A stretch of 64,000 nt of DNA from Piromyces finnis finn (Eukaryota > Fungi > Neocallimastigomycota), in NCBI GenBank assembly GCA_002104945.1, contig MCFH01000002.1, positions 248,001 to 312,000 of the forward strand. The letters are read 5' to 3'. The notes under the pieces are model-generated. The model saw only the letters and a program-made list of their open reading frames with translations. It was not told the DNA's origin and ran no database searches. Positions within the stretch are counted from its first letter, which is position 1. Each line of letters opens with the position of its first letter. Made by a program: the position numbers and the translations under genes. Positions 1 through 17,821 of this stretch are shown here, in pieces.

Positions 1-899
1 ATCCAAAATGTTAGAAGTAAGTTTAAAATAATATATATAATAATATATTATATTGCATAACTTGTAATTTACTCAAATAATATAACATAATTTTAATATT
101 AAAACTACCAATAGCTTATTCTTTCAATTGGTAATTATATGAATGGCGACTCTTTTAGAGGAGGTGCATTTGGTTTCAATATAGATCTTTTAACTAAAGT
201 AAATATAATTTATATATAATACTCTAATATAGAAAAATTATATATATATTCCTTTATTAATATTTTTAAATATAATAGTTACAAGATATTAAAAGTTCTG
301 ATTCAAAATCCACTTTAGTTAATTACTTAGTTAAAACTGTTCAAAAACACTATCCAGAATTAATGAAAATTGGAGATGATTTACAAACTTTAGAAAAAGC
401 AAAAAGAAGTATATAAATTTATATTTATATATATAAATATAAATAAAACATAAATTTAAATTAATTATTTTATAAATAAAATTAGTATCTATTAAGAATA
501 TCGATCAAGAAATTGCAGATCTAGAATGTGGTATGATAAATCTTCAAAAAGAATTAAATATTCAAGATGAAAGTGTTGAATACATTCAATATCGCCAAGC
601 ATTATCTGTAAGTTATATTAAAAAAATTTTTTTTGTTAATGCCTATAATATTAAATGTTTATAATAAATATAATATATGTATTTATAGGAATTTTTACAA
701 GAAACAGAACCATTATTTGATGAATTAATTGCACTCAGATCAGAAATGAGAGAATCCTTCAAAGGCATTGTTGAATATTTTGGTGAAGATATAAAAGTAG
801 CAACATCAGAAGTATTTTTTGGTATTTTTTGGACCTTCCTTAAAGAATTGGAGGTAAATTTACTATATTAATAATATTTAAATTATTATATTATTCTTA

Positions 900-987
<88 letters not shown>

Positions 988-1583
988 GTTGTTGTTATTT
1001 AATAATAAAATATTATATGGTATATTAAATAAATATATATTTATTATAATTATAATAGAAAGCTGACAAGGAAAACAAAAAAGCAGAAGAAAGAGCCAAT
1101 AAATTAAAATCAGTATATAAGAAACCTGAGGGCAATAATGAAGGTAACGATAAGATAGTCAAGGCCATTGTTCTTGATAGTGAAAATGCTGAAAAGAGAG
1201 GATTAATGGATAATTTAATATCCTCGCTTAAAAATGGGGATGTATTTAAATCAAAAATTAAACATTCTAATGAAGACTATAGCAAAAAACATAAATTATT
1301 TAATATGGAAACTTCAAATATACCTAATAATAATATTAATAATAATGCTGCAAAGGAACTTCTTAAAAATCTTGATAAGGGAAAGTTGTGCTCATCACAT
1401 GACGATATTAGTGAATCTTTGTTATCAGTATCATTAAGTGCTGAACCAACTTCACTAGAAAATAGAGAATCTTCAAATATTTTAAATGATCAAAGCAGTA
1501 GTGAAAATACAAACAATAAATCAGATATTGACGACTGGTTGGAAGAATCAGTAAATAAACTATTAGCAGAAATATCAAAATAG
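1..1583 (+). CDS. Diaphanous-related formin, 3' part (FH2 C-terminus plus DAD), multi-exon, 5'-truncated by the window
   Basis: Spliced exons read LILSIGNYMNGDSFRGGAFGFNIDLLTK|LQDIKSSDSKSTLVNYLVKTVQKHYPEL (FH2 signature GNYMN...GF). The last exon contains a DAD-like motif RGLMDNLISSLKNG. Introns are GT..AG; stop at 1581-1583. Confidence 0.9.
898..987 (+). repeat. (TTA)n microsatellite in a formin intron
   Basis: About 30 direct TTA units followed by a few TTG units; boundaries approximate. Confidence 0.95.
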
Positions 1584-2097
1584 AAAAAGTTTTAATAAAC
1601 AATTATTTATATATCTTACTATTCTCAAGAGTTTATTTTTTTTTAAAATATATATATAATGATTATTACTATTATAATATTTAGCCATTAAACAAGAACA
1701 AAAACAAAATAACAAACAAACAAACAAAAAAAAAAAAAAATAGGAAAATAATAAGATATAATAATATATGTAAATTATTAAATATTTTTTATAATCAAAA
1801 AACATTTTGTTTTAATATATATATATATAATTTATGTTTTAATAATCTTTATTACATTAAAATATTTCAATAATTTATATAAAAATCTTTACGATTTTTT
1901 CTTTTCTTTAAAAAAAAAAAAATCCATAATTTAATAAAGTTTTATAAATATGTAAATGAATAATTGAAAAATTTGTAAATTTTTTTAGCCTAAATATTAA
2001 TTAAAAAATAATTTACTTATATGACTTATAAATCTTGATAATAATCTATTATATAATTTTAAGTAGTTGAGGGGTTTGTTTTTAATGATTTTAATTA

Positions 2098-3084
2098 TTA
2101 TTTTGAATTCTTTGCTTTACCCTTATTATTATTATTTTTATTATTTTTTTTTATTATTGGAGCAGTCGTTTTTAATATTTTCATATTTGTTTTAAAATAA
2201 TTCGATATATTTTTTACATTATTGCTATCTTTAATCCATTGGAGTTTAACATCTGGATATATTCCTGAAATCAATTGAATAACATTTTTACAAATCTCTG
2301 TATCCTGTTAAAAAAAAATAAAAATACTTTTTTAATAATTCAAATTTTTTATTTTTTAGAATTTATATAGAATAACGTACTTTTAAAGCTATACATGAAA
2401 TCTTTTTTAAATTTGACATTTGACAAAGTTTATATTCTGAGCCAAGATTTAAAGGACATAAAATTTTATTTCCTGATAAATGAGCCATTATTGGAAAATG
2501 AGAATATAAATGTGTAGGTTTTATATCTTCTTTACATATTATTATAACTGATATTTTGTTATTTACATTTTGTGGATGATTTATTTCTTTATTTAAAGCT
2601 TGGGTCACAGAATTAATTCCGATATATATATTATTTAATATTTCTGGTTTACTTTTATCTTTACTATTAGAAGAATTAAATTCTTTTAATGGTAAAAGTA
2701 TTCTTTAAATTTTATTTAAAATAATTATAAAAAAAAGAAAGAAAAGAAATTCATCAATACTGCATTTCTATTATTATATTAATATAATACTTTATTAACA
2801 ATAACTACTTTTCTAATTCCTGTAAAATTCTTTCATTATTTTCTTCTTCTATCTTTGGCCTTTTTATGAAATAATATAATTATTAATAAATAAAAATATA
2901 ACATTATATTTTCTTAAAACTACTATAATTACCAACGATAATTTAAAGGTGAATCAAAAATGCTCTTAAATATTAATCTTTTTCCTTTTGTCTTTAAAGA
3001 CTTTATATCATCCTGAATAAACTTTAATGAGGAAGTTGAACCTTCTTTACTTAAAGTTTCAATATTATTAGTTTTTTTTTCCAT
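2098..3084 (-). CDS. POP3: RNase P/MRP subunit Pop3/Rpp38-like (L7Ae fold), multi-exon
   Basis: Spliced reading MEKKTNNIETLSKE...KRLIFKSIFDSPLN...KPEILNNIYIGINSVTQALNK...SVIIICKEDIKPTHLYSHFPIMAHL...LGSEYKLCQMSNLKKISCIALK matches the Pop3/L7Ae pattern (G-x-N-x-V-T; H-F-P). Confidence 0.65.
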
Positions 3085-3287
3085 TTTACTTTATAAAAAA
3101 AAAAAGCACACAAAAATTTTTAATTATTATAATTACATTTTCATTTTATTTAATTTTATAAAAATTATAAATTTTATAATATTTTAAATTATGATTGGTT
3201 CATCAATTAAAAAATCCAAATTATAATTTTCTATAACATTTAAAAACTTGTTTAAAAAAAAATTAAAAGAGCAAAATAAAACCATTT

Positions 3288-4361
3288 TTAGCTTTTCTTT
3301 AAATAAATAATGTGATATTCTGATTCTTGAAATTCAGCTATTAGTTTTTTATTGTCAATCTAAATAATATAAAATTATTAAAAAAAAAAAGTCAATAAAT
3401 TAAAACATTTATTTTTAAAACTTTATATAATTTTATTTACATATTCAATATTAAATCCTTCATTTTTAGCCAATTCAAAGAAATTTTCTTCACCAAGATT
3501 TCTTGTTTTGTAAATAAATACACATAAGGTATTTTCATTGCATATATGTTGAAGAGTTTCAATGAGTGCTTTATGACTTTTTGCATAATAAAGAATTTCA
3601 GAACCAAAAACAATATCAAATGTATCTAAATCCTTACAATTGCTTGCACCCCTAAAAAATAATAGAAATTTTTGTTATTTTTTAATATTATAAAAAAAAG
3701 TTAATAATTTTAATATCATTATTTTTTTTATGAAATATTTCTTACCAATTCAAAGTTTTAATTCTTATATTTTCTTTAAAAAGTTTTACCCCGTTTATTG
3801 ATTGATTATTATTATTATTATCTATTTCCTTTAATACTTTTTCAACATTTGTATTTACATTTTCTTCTACTAGAGGAATAACATCTTCAATATCAGTTAA
3901 AGTAACATCTGCACCATATGTCCAAGCAGATAGTCCAACCTTTCAAAAATAAAAATAATAATAAATTACTATAAAATTTAAATTTTTGAATCTAGAACTA
4001 ATTTACTTTTAATCGTACCAATCCAGTTCCACAACCTAATTCAATACATTTTTTATTTTTTAATTTTAAACGGTAAAGATATTTTGATAGAATATAAGCA
4101 CCATCCCAAACTAAATTTCCAGTATTTTGGTGTAAAGTAATTTCATTGTCTAATTTTTGTTTTATTTTTACTTCTTTTTTATATAATTAAAAAATTAGTA
4201 TTAAATTTCTATTTTTTTTTTTTTTTTTAAAAAAAAATAAAATAAAATAAGGGCATATATATATAATACACACATAAATAGTTATTTATCAAATAATCCC
4301 TTGATTGTGAATATTTTTGGTCTACATATATATTTTTATATACCCAAGGCACTAAACTCAT
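3288..4361 (-). CDS. Seven-beta-strand lysine methyltransferase, METTL21/Methyltransf_16 family, multi-exon
   Basis: Exons read LHQNTGNLVWDGAYILSKYL, CIELGCGTG|LVGL (motif I), VTLTDIEDVIPLVEENV and FDIVFGSEILYY (DxxY-like motif). ATG at 4361; TAA at 3288-3290. Confidence 0.85.
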
Positions 4362-5010
4362 TTTTTAAAAATATTATTTTTGAAACAAAGAATATAAAAA
4401 TTTTTTTTATAAAAAAATAAAAAGTTAACTGTACATTATACACCAAAAAAAAAATTAATTAAATGAACAAATTTTAATATAATAAATCTTATTTAATATA
4501 ATAATGAAATATTTTTAGATTAAAACCAAAATAACAACAAAACATTTAGTTTTTATTTTTTTCCTTTACTTTTTTCTTATATTTTTATATGTCATTGTCA
4601 TTGAATACTTTTTTTTTTCTTTATATTTTTATAATATACATAATTTATTATTACTAAAAATATATATATATTTTTTTTTAAATATATTTATTTTTATAAG
4701 TATTTTTGATATATATGATATAAATGTATGTTTGATTTTTATTTGTTCTTTTATTTTGTTTAATATAATTCAACAATTTTTATATATATATATATAATTA
4801 TATAAATATATATTTATTTATTTATTTATTTAGGTATTTGATTAGTTTGCCTTCAATTATACTATTATAATTATATTGGTTATTGAATAATATAAAAAAG
4901 GAATTTCATTTATGAATTTCTTAAATTTGTATTATCTTTTCAGTAAAATTAAATATATTTTTAAAAAAAAGAATTTATATAACATTTATATAATTTTTTA
5001 TTTTTAAAAT

Positions 5011-5939
5011 TCAATTTTCAGTTAATTCTTTATATTCATTGTATTTCTCATTTATCTTTAAAGATAAATTTGTTAATTCTACGATTGAAGTTAGAGCTAA
5101 AAATAATGATGATATTAGGAATAAATGGTAACAATACATTTAAATATATAATTAATAAGTAATAAGAATAGAAGATAAACAAAAATTATTTAATTTTGAA
5201 ATTACCATTTTTAAAATCTTTTTGAGAACTTCTTAAACTTTGAGGTACTAAAACACCATACCATAATAATGGATTTCTAAATTTAACTTCTTCTATATTT
5301 GTTTTATTTTGTTCTGTTTTTTCTTCATTATTTCTATTTTTTATATTTGATTCATTTTCTGTTGATTTAACTTTCTTTTCATACATTTCACCACCAAGCT
5401 TAAATTGAACTAATTCTTTGTCATCTATCTTATCACTATCGTCCAAATTATAAAAAATAAAAAAGTCCAGAAATTAAAAAAAAAAAATAAAATAAATAAA
5501 TATATTTCTACTGCATTATTGTTTAAATATAATTTCTATTTAATTTGTACCATGTAATTTTAGCACCACATGTCATTCTTTTATCATAACTTAAACTAGT
5601 AAAGGCACCAGCACCAAGACTATATTTTGATTTTGCTAAATTGAAATAACCCTTGATTCACAAATTTATTTAAATTTTATTTAATTTCAATATATATGAT
5701 TATTGAATATATATATAATATATAGTGTATATTAATAAAAACATATATGAGAGGTTATTTTGTTGTTACAATAAATAAGCATATTTTTTTTTTAAAGTGT
5801 TGTAATTTTCTATTAAAAATTTGTCTAATACCGATGAAAGTTCCTTGTTGGACTTTATTCTAATTTCATTGAAATTTTCAACCAATTCCAAAAGTTCAAA
5901 TAAGCAATTATCTATGGCATCCAATTTTTCTTGACTCAT
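5011..5939 (-). CDS. VMA22: V-ATPase assembly factor Vma22/CCDC115, 4 exons
   Basis: MSQEKLDAIDNCLFELLELV...GYFNLAKSKYSLG...RNPLLWYGVLVPQSLRSSQKDFKN|ALTSIVELTNL; DPL-W(F/Y)G-LVP-SLR-AQ-F is the CCDC115 signature. Confidence 0.85.
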
Positions 5940-6459
5940 TATTATATGTTTTATATATTATTTTGATTATTAAATACTTTTTAAAATAATAATAATAATA
6001 ATTTAATATTTTATAGTTCTATATTCTTAATTTATTTTATTTTTTTTTTTTTTTGAAGGCTACTTTTTAATATTTATTTTTTCATTATAAAATTCTAAAT
6101 AAAATTTTAATATATTTAAAGTTTGTATTAATTAATAAATAAATATAGTTCTTTTTAATTCTTTTTTATTATTATAATTATTACAATAATAAAATAATAT
6201 GAATTTTAAATATTAGCTTGATAATAATAAAAAAAAACATATTACATTATTGTATTAAGTATTTTGATATGTAATAATGAATTGTACCAGAATAAAAAAT
6301 ATAACAAAATAATAAATTAAAATTAATATTCTTTATCTATTAGAACATATATTATTATCCAATCATTTCTTTTAAGTTGATTTTGAAATTCTTTCATATA
6401 TGTAATAAATTTTTTTTTTTTACAACTATCTTTTAAAAATATAAAAATATTATTTAAAG

Positions 6460-7015
<556 letters not shown>

Positions 7016-7548
7016 ATTACTTAATACCAATTTTTTTTTCTACTTTAAATCCAATTTGAATAAAATATCAACTTTTAAGTTATAAATAGCTTAAAATATT
7101 CTATATTTTTTAAATATTTTGAATCCAAAAATATTTTGAATCCAAATAAGAAAAAATATAAAATTTAAAAATATAAATAAAAAAAAAAAAAATTTAAAAA
7201 GTAAGATAATACTAAAGTGTTGAAAAATTAAATTTAGTGTTATTGTGAAAGTTCAAAAAAAAAAGAAAAATAAACAAAAAATTAATTATTAGAATTATGA
7301 ATGCCAAGAATATTAAAAGTATTTAAATATTTTTTTTATTTATTTATCTATTTATATATATATATTTGCACAATTGTTAAGATATACTTTATTCTTTTAC
7401 TAATATTGCTTAATACCCTAAAATTAATGGTTTAAGAAAGAAATGTTTTTAAAATTATTTATAAGAAAAAATATATATATTTTTTTTTCAATTTACATAT
7501 AAATTATTATTGTTGTTGTTGTTGTTGTTGTTAATAGAGTTTGTATAT

Positions 7549-10538
<2,990 letters not shown>

Positions 10539-12529
10539 TTTTTTTAAATTTGAATTTTTATTTTTTTTTTTTTTTCTAAAGTTAATATAAATAATACGAT
10601 AAGTAATGTGCTTAGTCCATAGATATAAAATGTCATTTTATTAATATAAATATATATTTAAGTAATTATCCCATTTTTATTTATTCATATATAAATATAT
10701 AGTTTTATATTCAATGTTTAAAATTATTAAAAATTAAACTTTAATAATAACCAAGTTTTATATAACTAATTTTACATTGGTAACATTCCCGTTTTATTTT
10801 AAATATTAAATTATTATTTTTTAAATGGCAAAATTGATAAAGAAAAATATTATTAAATTTCTTTAAATTTTTAACTTTTAAAACTACATAGCAATTTTAT
10901 TTAAAATTTAAAAATATATATTTAAACCATATTCAATATTTTACAATATAATTAATAATATATATAATTATACCTTTTAATAATTATTTTTAAATATCAA
11001 TATTAACTTTCATAACCTTTATATTAAACACTTTTCAAATATATATATTTTTTTTTCTTTCTTTCTTTTGAACTATTTTATTATATTTGATATAGTGTAA
11101 ATAATAAAATTTAAAAAAAAAAAAAAAAAATATTTAAAAAGCAAACAACAGAAAAATTTAATTAAATTATTAATTATAGAATTTTAATTTGTAATACATT
11201 AATTATAAATTAAATATGAACTATTATTTAAAATAAAATAAAAACCTACCACCCATCAAAGTCAAAGCATTTTATATTTTTTTTCTCTTTTTTAAATATT
11301 CAAGAGTTCAATAGAAGGAATATTTTTATTGTATACTTGTATATTTTCAAACTATATAATAATAGTAGTAAAAAAACCTTTTCTTATTATATATATCAAT
11401 TTAAATGATGTGACCATTAATAAAATATACCATTAAATAAATAACACCCGAAATTATTATTAAAAGATGTTCAAATAAAATTAAAATATACAATTCATTT
11501 TTATAATCTTTTTTTTATCCATTCCTTTATGCTTTAATATTATTCAAGGATTTTGCTTATTATTATAAAAGGATTAATAGCATTGTAGATATAATATTAT
11601 AATAGCTTGGTTAAATGTTTTCTTTTTTTGAAATTTCATTTTTAATTTTTATTCTATTCAATGTACGTACATTAATAATAAATTCTTTATATGTATTATA
11701 CAATAAAGATGTAATTAAGCCAATGATATCAAAGATACGAATTAAATATTAATTAGTTTTTTTTTTTTTTTATTATATAATTATTTTAGAGTTAAAATTT
11801 ATATATATAAAAGAATTTAAATATACACAATTTATTATTATTTTAAAAAAAAATTTATTATTATGTTATTTTTATTATTTCAATATAAGTTTAAAAAAAA
11901 TTTAAAATAAAAAATTCTTTTTTTTAAGTTTATTATAAATATTAAAATAAAATAAAATAATAAAAATATATATATATATAGTTAGAAAGTTTTTTTTTTT
12001 TTTTTTCTAAATACAATTTATTTAATACCGATTTAAAATATAATAAAATAAAGTAGTTTAGAAAAAGAAAAAAGTAAGTGTATTTTATGGAATATGAACA
12101 TAGATAAATAATTGAAATTATTTATTTATATATAAAACAATAAATTTATGGATAAAAAAAAAAATTAGATGAAATTATATTTATTATTTACAATTGTTTT
12201 AAATAAAAAAAAAAAAGAGAGAAAATAAAAAATACTAATTCTACTTTTTATACTATATTATATAAATACTATATATTTTGGAATACCTTTTGGAATATCA
12301 CAAAAATATGATAAATAAACAATTTTTTTTTACTTGTAAAAAATAAATAAATCATTCATCAATATTAAAAATAAACAATATACAAACAGAAAAAATATAT
12401 AAATAATAAACAAAAGACTCAGATACATTAATAAAATAATTAAAAGTAATAAATAAATAAAATAAAAATAAAAAGGAAAAGTAATAAAAATAAAATAAAA
12501 ATAAAATAAAATAAAAAAAAAAAAGCAAA

Positions 12530-13630
12530 ATGATAAATAAGGTTACCAAACTTTTTGTATTATTAGCACTATGCATAGAATTAAGTCTTTGCTATACTTA
12601 TAGAATGTTTCCAAATGAAAACGCTTGTTTCTATGGAATAGCTGAAAAGCCAGGAGAAAAGATTGGTTTCTATTTCGCTGTAAGTATTAAAAGAGTTGAT
12701 TAAAATCTAAAAGAAATTGATTATATATATATATTATTAGATAACTATATCATTAAAATGTATAGCAAAGAGAGAAATTTAAATGCAAAAACTTTACAAA
12801 AAAAAAAAAAGTACATTTGGAAAAACAATTAATTGAAAAGAAAAGCAGAAAAGGAGAATATTAATAATTTATAAAATATTTATTTTTTAAAAAAAAAACA
12901 ATAATCATTAATTGCAAATCAATTCTTGATAATACTATAAATTTTATATGAAAAAAACAAAATAATATTTTACTAGAATATAGTATAGATATGGACAATA
13001 AACCAAAAAAAAAAAAAAAAAAAAAAAAATACTCAATATCTATATAAATTATTCTATTTTTCGAATTGGTTAATTGAAAATAAAAACAAAACCGCAAATA
13101 ATAATTTTTATTTAATATTATCATTTGTAAATATAACAAAAATATAAAAAAATTAGGTTCAATCTGGTGGTGCTTTCGATATTGATTACGAAGTTACTGC
13201 TCCAAACGGTAAAATTATCTTAAACGGTGTTAGTGAAAGACAAGGTGAATATGTTTTCACTTCTCAAATGGCTGGTGATCACAAATTCTGTTTCTCCAAC
13301 ACTATGTCAACATTTGCTGAAAAGATGGTCGATTTTGAAATTTCTATTGAACATGAATTAAAGGAAACTGCTCCACTTTCAGAAACCTCTGAAAAAGTTC
13401 TTTCACCTATGGAACAATCTCTTAACTACATTGCCAACAAATTAGGTACCGTTCAAAAATATGCAAGATACTTTAGACTTCGTCAAAACAGAAATCATTA
13501 TACTGTTGTTAGTACTGAAAAGAAAGTCTTTTGGTTTGCTTTATTAGAAAGTATTTTAATCGTCACTATGTCTGTTCTTCAAGTCGTTTTCATTAGAAGA
13601 TTCTTCACTACCACCAAGGGAAGAATTTAA
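12530..13630 (+). CDS. p24 / emp24-gp25L (GOLD domain) cargo receptor, 2 exons
   Basis: Signal peptide MINKVTKLFVLLALCIELSLC, then ACFY...IGFYFA|VQSGGAFDIDYEVTAPNGK...HKFCFSNTMSTFAEK, a coiled coil, a TM segment (VFWFALLESILIVTMSVLQVVFI) and tail RRFFTTTKGRI*. Confidence 0.9.
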
Positions 13631-15287
13631 ATTTAAAAAAACGAAACCTTCACTCCATTTAATTTATTTTTTTTTTTTAAAGTAGAACTTTTTTTATAAT
13701 TTTTTTACTTTGTCATTAAAATACAAGAAAAAAAAAATACTATAAAAATACTATAAAAAAAATGATAATTATACAATTCAAAAAAAATAAAATATAAAAA
13801 AATAATAATAAATCAAGATATATAAAAGATATATATTTGATAATAATATTTAAAATACCACCATAACGAACATTTTCTTTCTTTTTTATATATATTTTTT
13901 TTATTATTGTTATTACTATTTATAACTCTATGTTTTTCTTTGTATATTTTATATACAGAAAAAAAAAAAGTAAAGTAGAACTAATATAAGGACAAAGAAA
14001 GAATAAGGAAAGAAAAGAAAATAAAGAAAGAAAAAGATATCCATGATTTAATCAAAAAAATAAAAAAAAGTAATTAAATTTAAATAATGATGATGAATGG
14101 TGTATCTAATTTTGCGAAGGAAATTTTTTTTTTTTTTCTACAATAAGAATGATATCATAGAAGAAAAAAAAACTATTAGAATTTATGTATACATAAAAGT
14201 TTTTTTTTTTTTTTTTAGCGTAGAATAGGTATAAAAAAAAAAAAAAAAAAATTAAATTAATAAGATGTTATAAAAAAAGAAAGAGAATATATAGAGGATA
14301 AAAGTATTCTTTTTTTATTATTTAATATTAATTTTAAAAAATAAGAAAATATAGATAGCATGTATTTTTTTCTTAGCAACACATAGAGATTGATGTAGAT
14401 ATGTATTTTTATTTATTTTTTTTTTTTTTTTTTTGGTAGCGAATAATATTACAATAAATAAATTTTTTATAAAAAAGAAAAAAGAAAAATCCTTTTTAAA
14501 CAAGAAAAGGAAAAAAAAAAAAAACTTTAATTCTTTCACAAAACTAATAAATTAAATACTTTATTAACAAAATAATAAATATATACATATATATATATAT
14601 TTACGGTTAATATCTCTCTTTCAAATGCTTTATTTGTAAAAAAATATATATATAAATAAATAAAACTCAAAAGGTTTAATGGCTTTTTTTTTTTTTTTAA
14701 TTTTTTTTTTTTATTTTTTTTTCTATTATTTGCAAAAGTAAACGGTGATTGAAAATAGTATTACTCTTTTTTTTGTAATGAAAATATAAAATAATAAATA
14801 AATAAATAAATAAATAATATATATATATATATATATTGTTTTTTTATTATTGTTGTTGTTATTATTATTAGTAGTATTAGTATTGTTATTGTTATTATTG
14901 TTATTATTATTGATGATGATGATGATGATACTAAAGGTATTATGAGTTTAATTTAATAAATAAGGAACTGAAAAAAATATATATATTAAAAATATTAATA
15001 AAAGTTTTTGTTTATCAAAAATGAAAAGAAAAAAAATGGATGATAAAAAAAAAACTAAAAACTTCTTTATAAATATGGGGAAAAAAAAAAAAAGTGCTTA
15101 TATATAATTTTTCTAAAATTATTATTTTTCTTTTCTAAAAGATTAATAGACAACTTCATTAAGTCATTAATTTCTAATTATTAAAATATGAATTATTATT
15201 ATTACCATAAAGTAATATTAAAATAATAATTGCTTATTATTATTTATGATATCGGTTAAATGTTTGGTTTTTTGCTTTTTTCTGTTT

Positions 15288-17821
15288 TTAAACAGAAGCA
15301 GGAAATTCACTTTCATGAGAAGATCTGAGATGACTAGTAAGATCATTTAAAGATTTATATATATTATCACAAACATTACATTTGTATGAATTATCATTGA
15401 TTTCTGGAGCATCAGATGATAATGAAGAATTTTCATTATTCTTTAAAATAACATTGGATTCCGAATTATCGCTTAAATCATCCATTTTATGTACTTTTGA
15501 TATATGATAGGCTAAACCATTTGGATTTTTATAACTTTTTGTACAATTTTTATCTATTTTTAATTATAATAAGCATAATGATAATGTTTAGCTTAATTTG
15601 TTATATTTTTGTTTAAATTACAATTTATTTATTAAAATGTATCAGTTATAAAATTCATAGCTACTTACATTGACATTTATATGGCTTGTTGGCATCAATA
15701 TTGTTAGAATTGGTATTACAATTATCAGTAAATGAAGATGATGAAATAGAGGTTGACGAGGAGTTTGTATTTTCAGAAGGGGATTTTGGTGTATTTTGTC
15801 CAGATAAAGGATTGGATTTATTATTTCTTAATTCTTCGGCATGATTATTTTCTAAATGATAGGCTAAACCTAAAGCTTGTCTATTTTTTATTAACATAAA
15901 ATAATAATTGATGAATAATTAAACTACATACATTACCCTATATATATTTTATACTATACAATTTAGATATAATTACCTATATTCTTTGTCACATGATGGG
16001 ATTATACATTTAAAAGGTTTTTGATCGTTTTCATCCAATTGAACATGACTAACAATATAATGATTTAATATACCATTCAAGTGTTTGTAACCCTTATTAC
16101 AATCATGATAGCAACCTAAGATATAAATCAAAATATGTATATCAAAAAAAAAAAAAAAGAAATTATCATTAATATTATACTTTTTTTATATAATACTAAT
16201 AAACGTTAAATAAAAAAAGATAAATACATTGATAAGGCTTTGAGGAAGAAGGATCATAGTTGTACATGGCTTTATTATTATTATCGATAGAATTATTATA
16301 TATTAAAGGAGAATTTTGTTTTGGAGTAACAACATTAGATACTAATATAGTATTGGTAGTAATAGGGCGTTGATTCATTTTAATTTGATTAGAATATTCA
16401 TTAGAGTTTTGACGTGGTGACGGATAGTTTTTAGAATTATTAATCATTGGAGTATTATAATTTCTATTATTAGTAGTATTATTGTTATTATTATAATTTT
16501 GGGGTTGTCTCATTTGAACTACACCATTACTTATAACACTACTTGTTATTTCTTCATGAATAATTTTATTATTTTGATTTTGATAAGCATTATTATTTTG
16601 GGTATAATTATTATTTTTGTTATTATTATTACTGTTGTTGTTGTTGTTGTTGTTGGTACAGTTGTTGTTAACATTATTATTTTGATAATGATAATTAATA
16701 GATGAATGATATTGACCAACTTTTCCACTTAATAGAGTGCTCTCACTATCTACTACAGTATTTTTTCGTACAGTACCGCTTGCCATAGTAATACTTTTGG
16801 TTGTTGTATATTCATCATCCTCGTCATTAATGTTATCTCTTCTACAACTATAATTGCTATTATTGCTGTTGTTATTATTATTGTTGATGTTGTTACTGTT
16901 GCTGTTATAGTTATTATTATATGGTGAGTTATTCATATTCATATTAGAATTGTTGATATTTATATTTGAATTATTTGAAGAATTATTCCTATTAGAATTA
17001 TTCATATTATTCATATTGGAATTGTTCATATTAGGATTATTTATGTTAACATTATTGTTCATATTAAGATTATTCATTCTGGAATTATTCATACTTGGAT
17101 TGTTCATGTTTGGATTGTTCATATTACTATTATTCATTATTGGTTGATTCATAATAGAACTATTCATACTGTTATTACTTAGATGAGAATTATTTATATT
17201 TGAATTATTCATATTTAGGTGTTTATTTTGATTATAATAATTTGGATTGGAATTGGTATTGTTGTTAGATTGATTTCTATTACTATTATTGGAATTATTA
17301 TAATATAAATTGCTATTGTTGTTGTTGTTGTTTATTCTTATATTATTATTGTTTGGATTATAGTATTGGTTATTAATTTTTTGTTGATTTCCATTAGTAT
17401 AAACATTTAATGAGTTATCATTATTAAATCTGTAGTTGTTATTATTCATCATTGTCTTGTTATTGTTACTACTATTATTATTAGTATTAGTATTAGTATT
17501 AGTATTACTGGTATTATTATTATCGTTATATAAGCCATTATTATTTAATTTATTATTGTTTTGTACAGAATTATTATTATTATTGTTATAATTTAGATTA
17601 TTTTCATTTGAGAAAAGGGAATTTTGATTTTGATATCTATTTTCATTACAATTGTCTCCATTATTATCATTGAAGCTTTTAAAACGTTTCTTTAATGGTT
17701 GTTCTTCCAATTCCTCATTTGAATTATATCTATTCCAATTTTTATTGGAATGAATATGGCTGCTTATGGATGAAATATCTACATTACGTTGAAAACCTCT
17801 GGTAGTATGTACTTCTGTCAT
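15288..17821 (-). CDS. C2H2 zinc-finger protein (Sfp1/JAZF1-like fingers) with a long Asn-rich N-terminus, 4 exons
   Basis: After the Asn-rich exon, spliced fingers read KPYQC|CYHDCNKGYKHLNGIKYHIVSH, KPFKCIIPSCDKEYR|QALGLAYHLENNH, KPYKCQ|YKNCTKSYKNPNGLAYHISKVH and YKCNVCDNIYKSLNDLTSHLRSSH. Confidence 0.85.

Noticed and set aside
12352-13139. Antisense ORFs overlapping the p24 gene, and similar short antisense or alternate-frame ORFs over other genes
   Set aside because: They are shadows of real exons or AT-rich introns, with no independent motifs.
15982-16118. Apparent frameshift in the second exon of the zinc-finger gene
   Set aside because: Careful re-reading gives an open KPFKCIIPSCDKEYR; there is no lesion.
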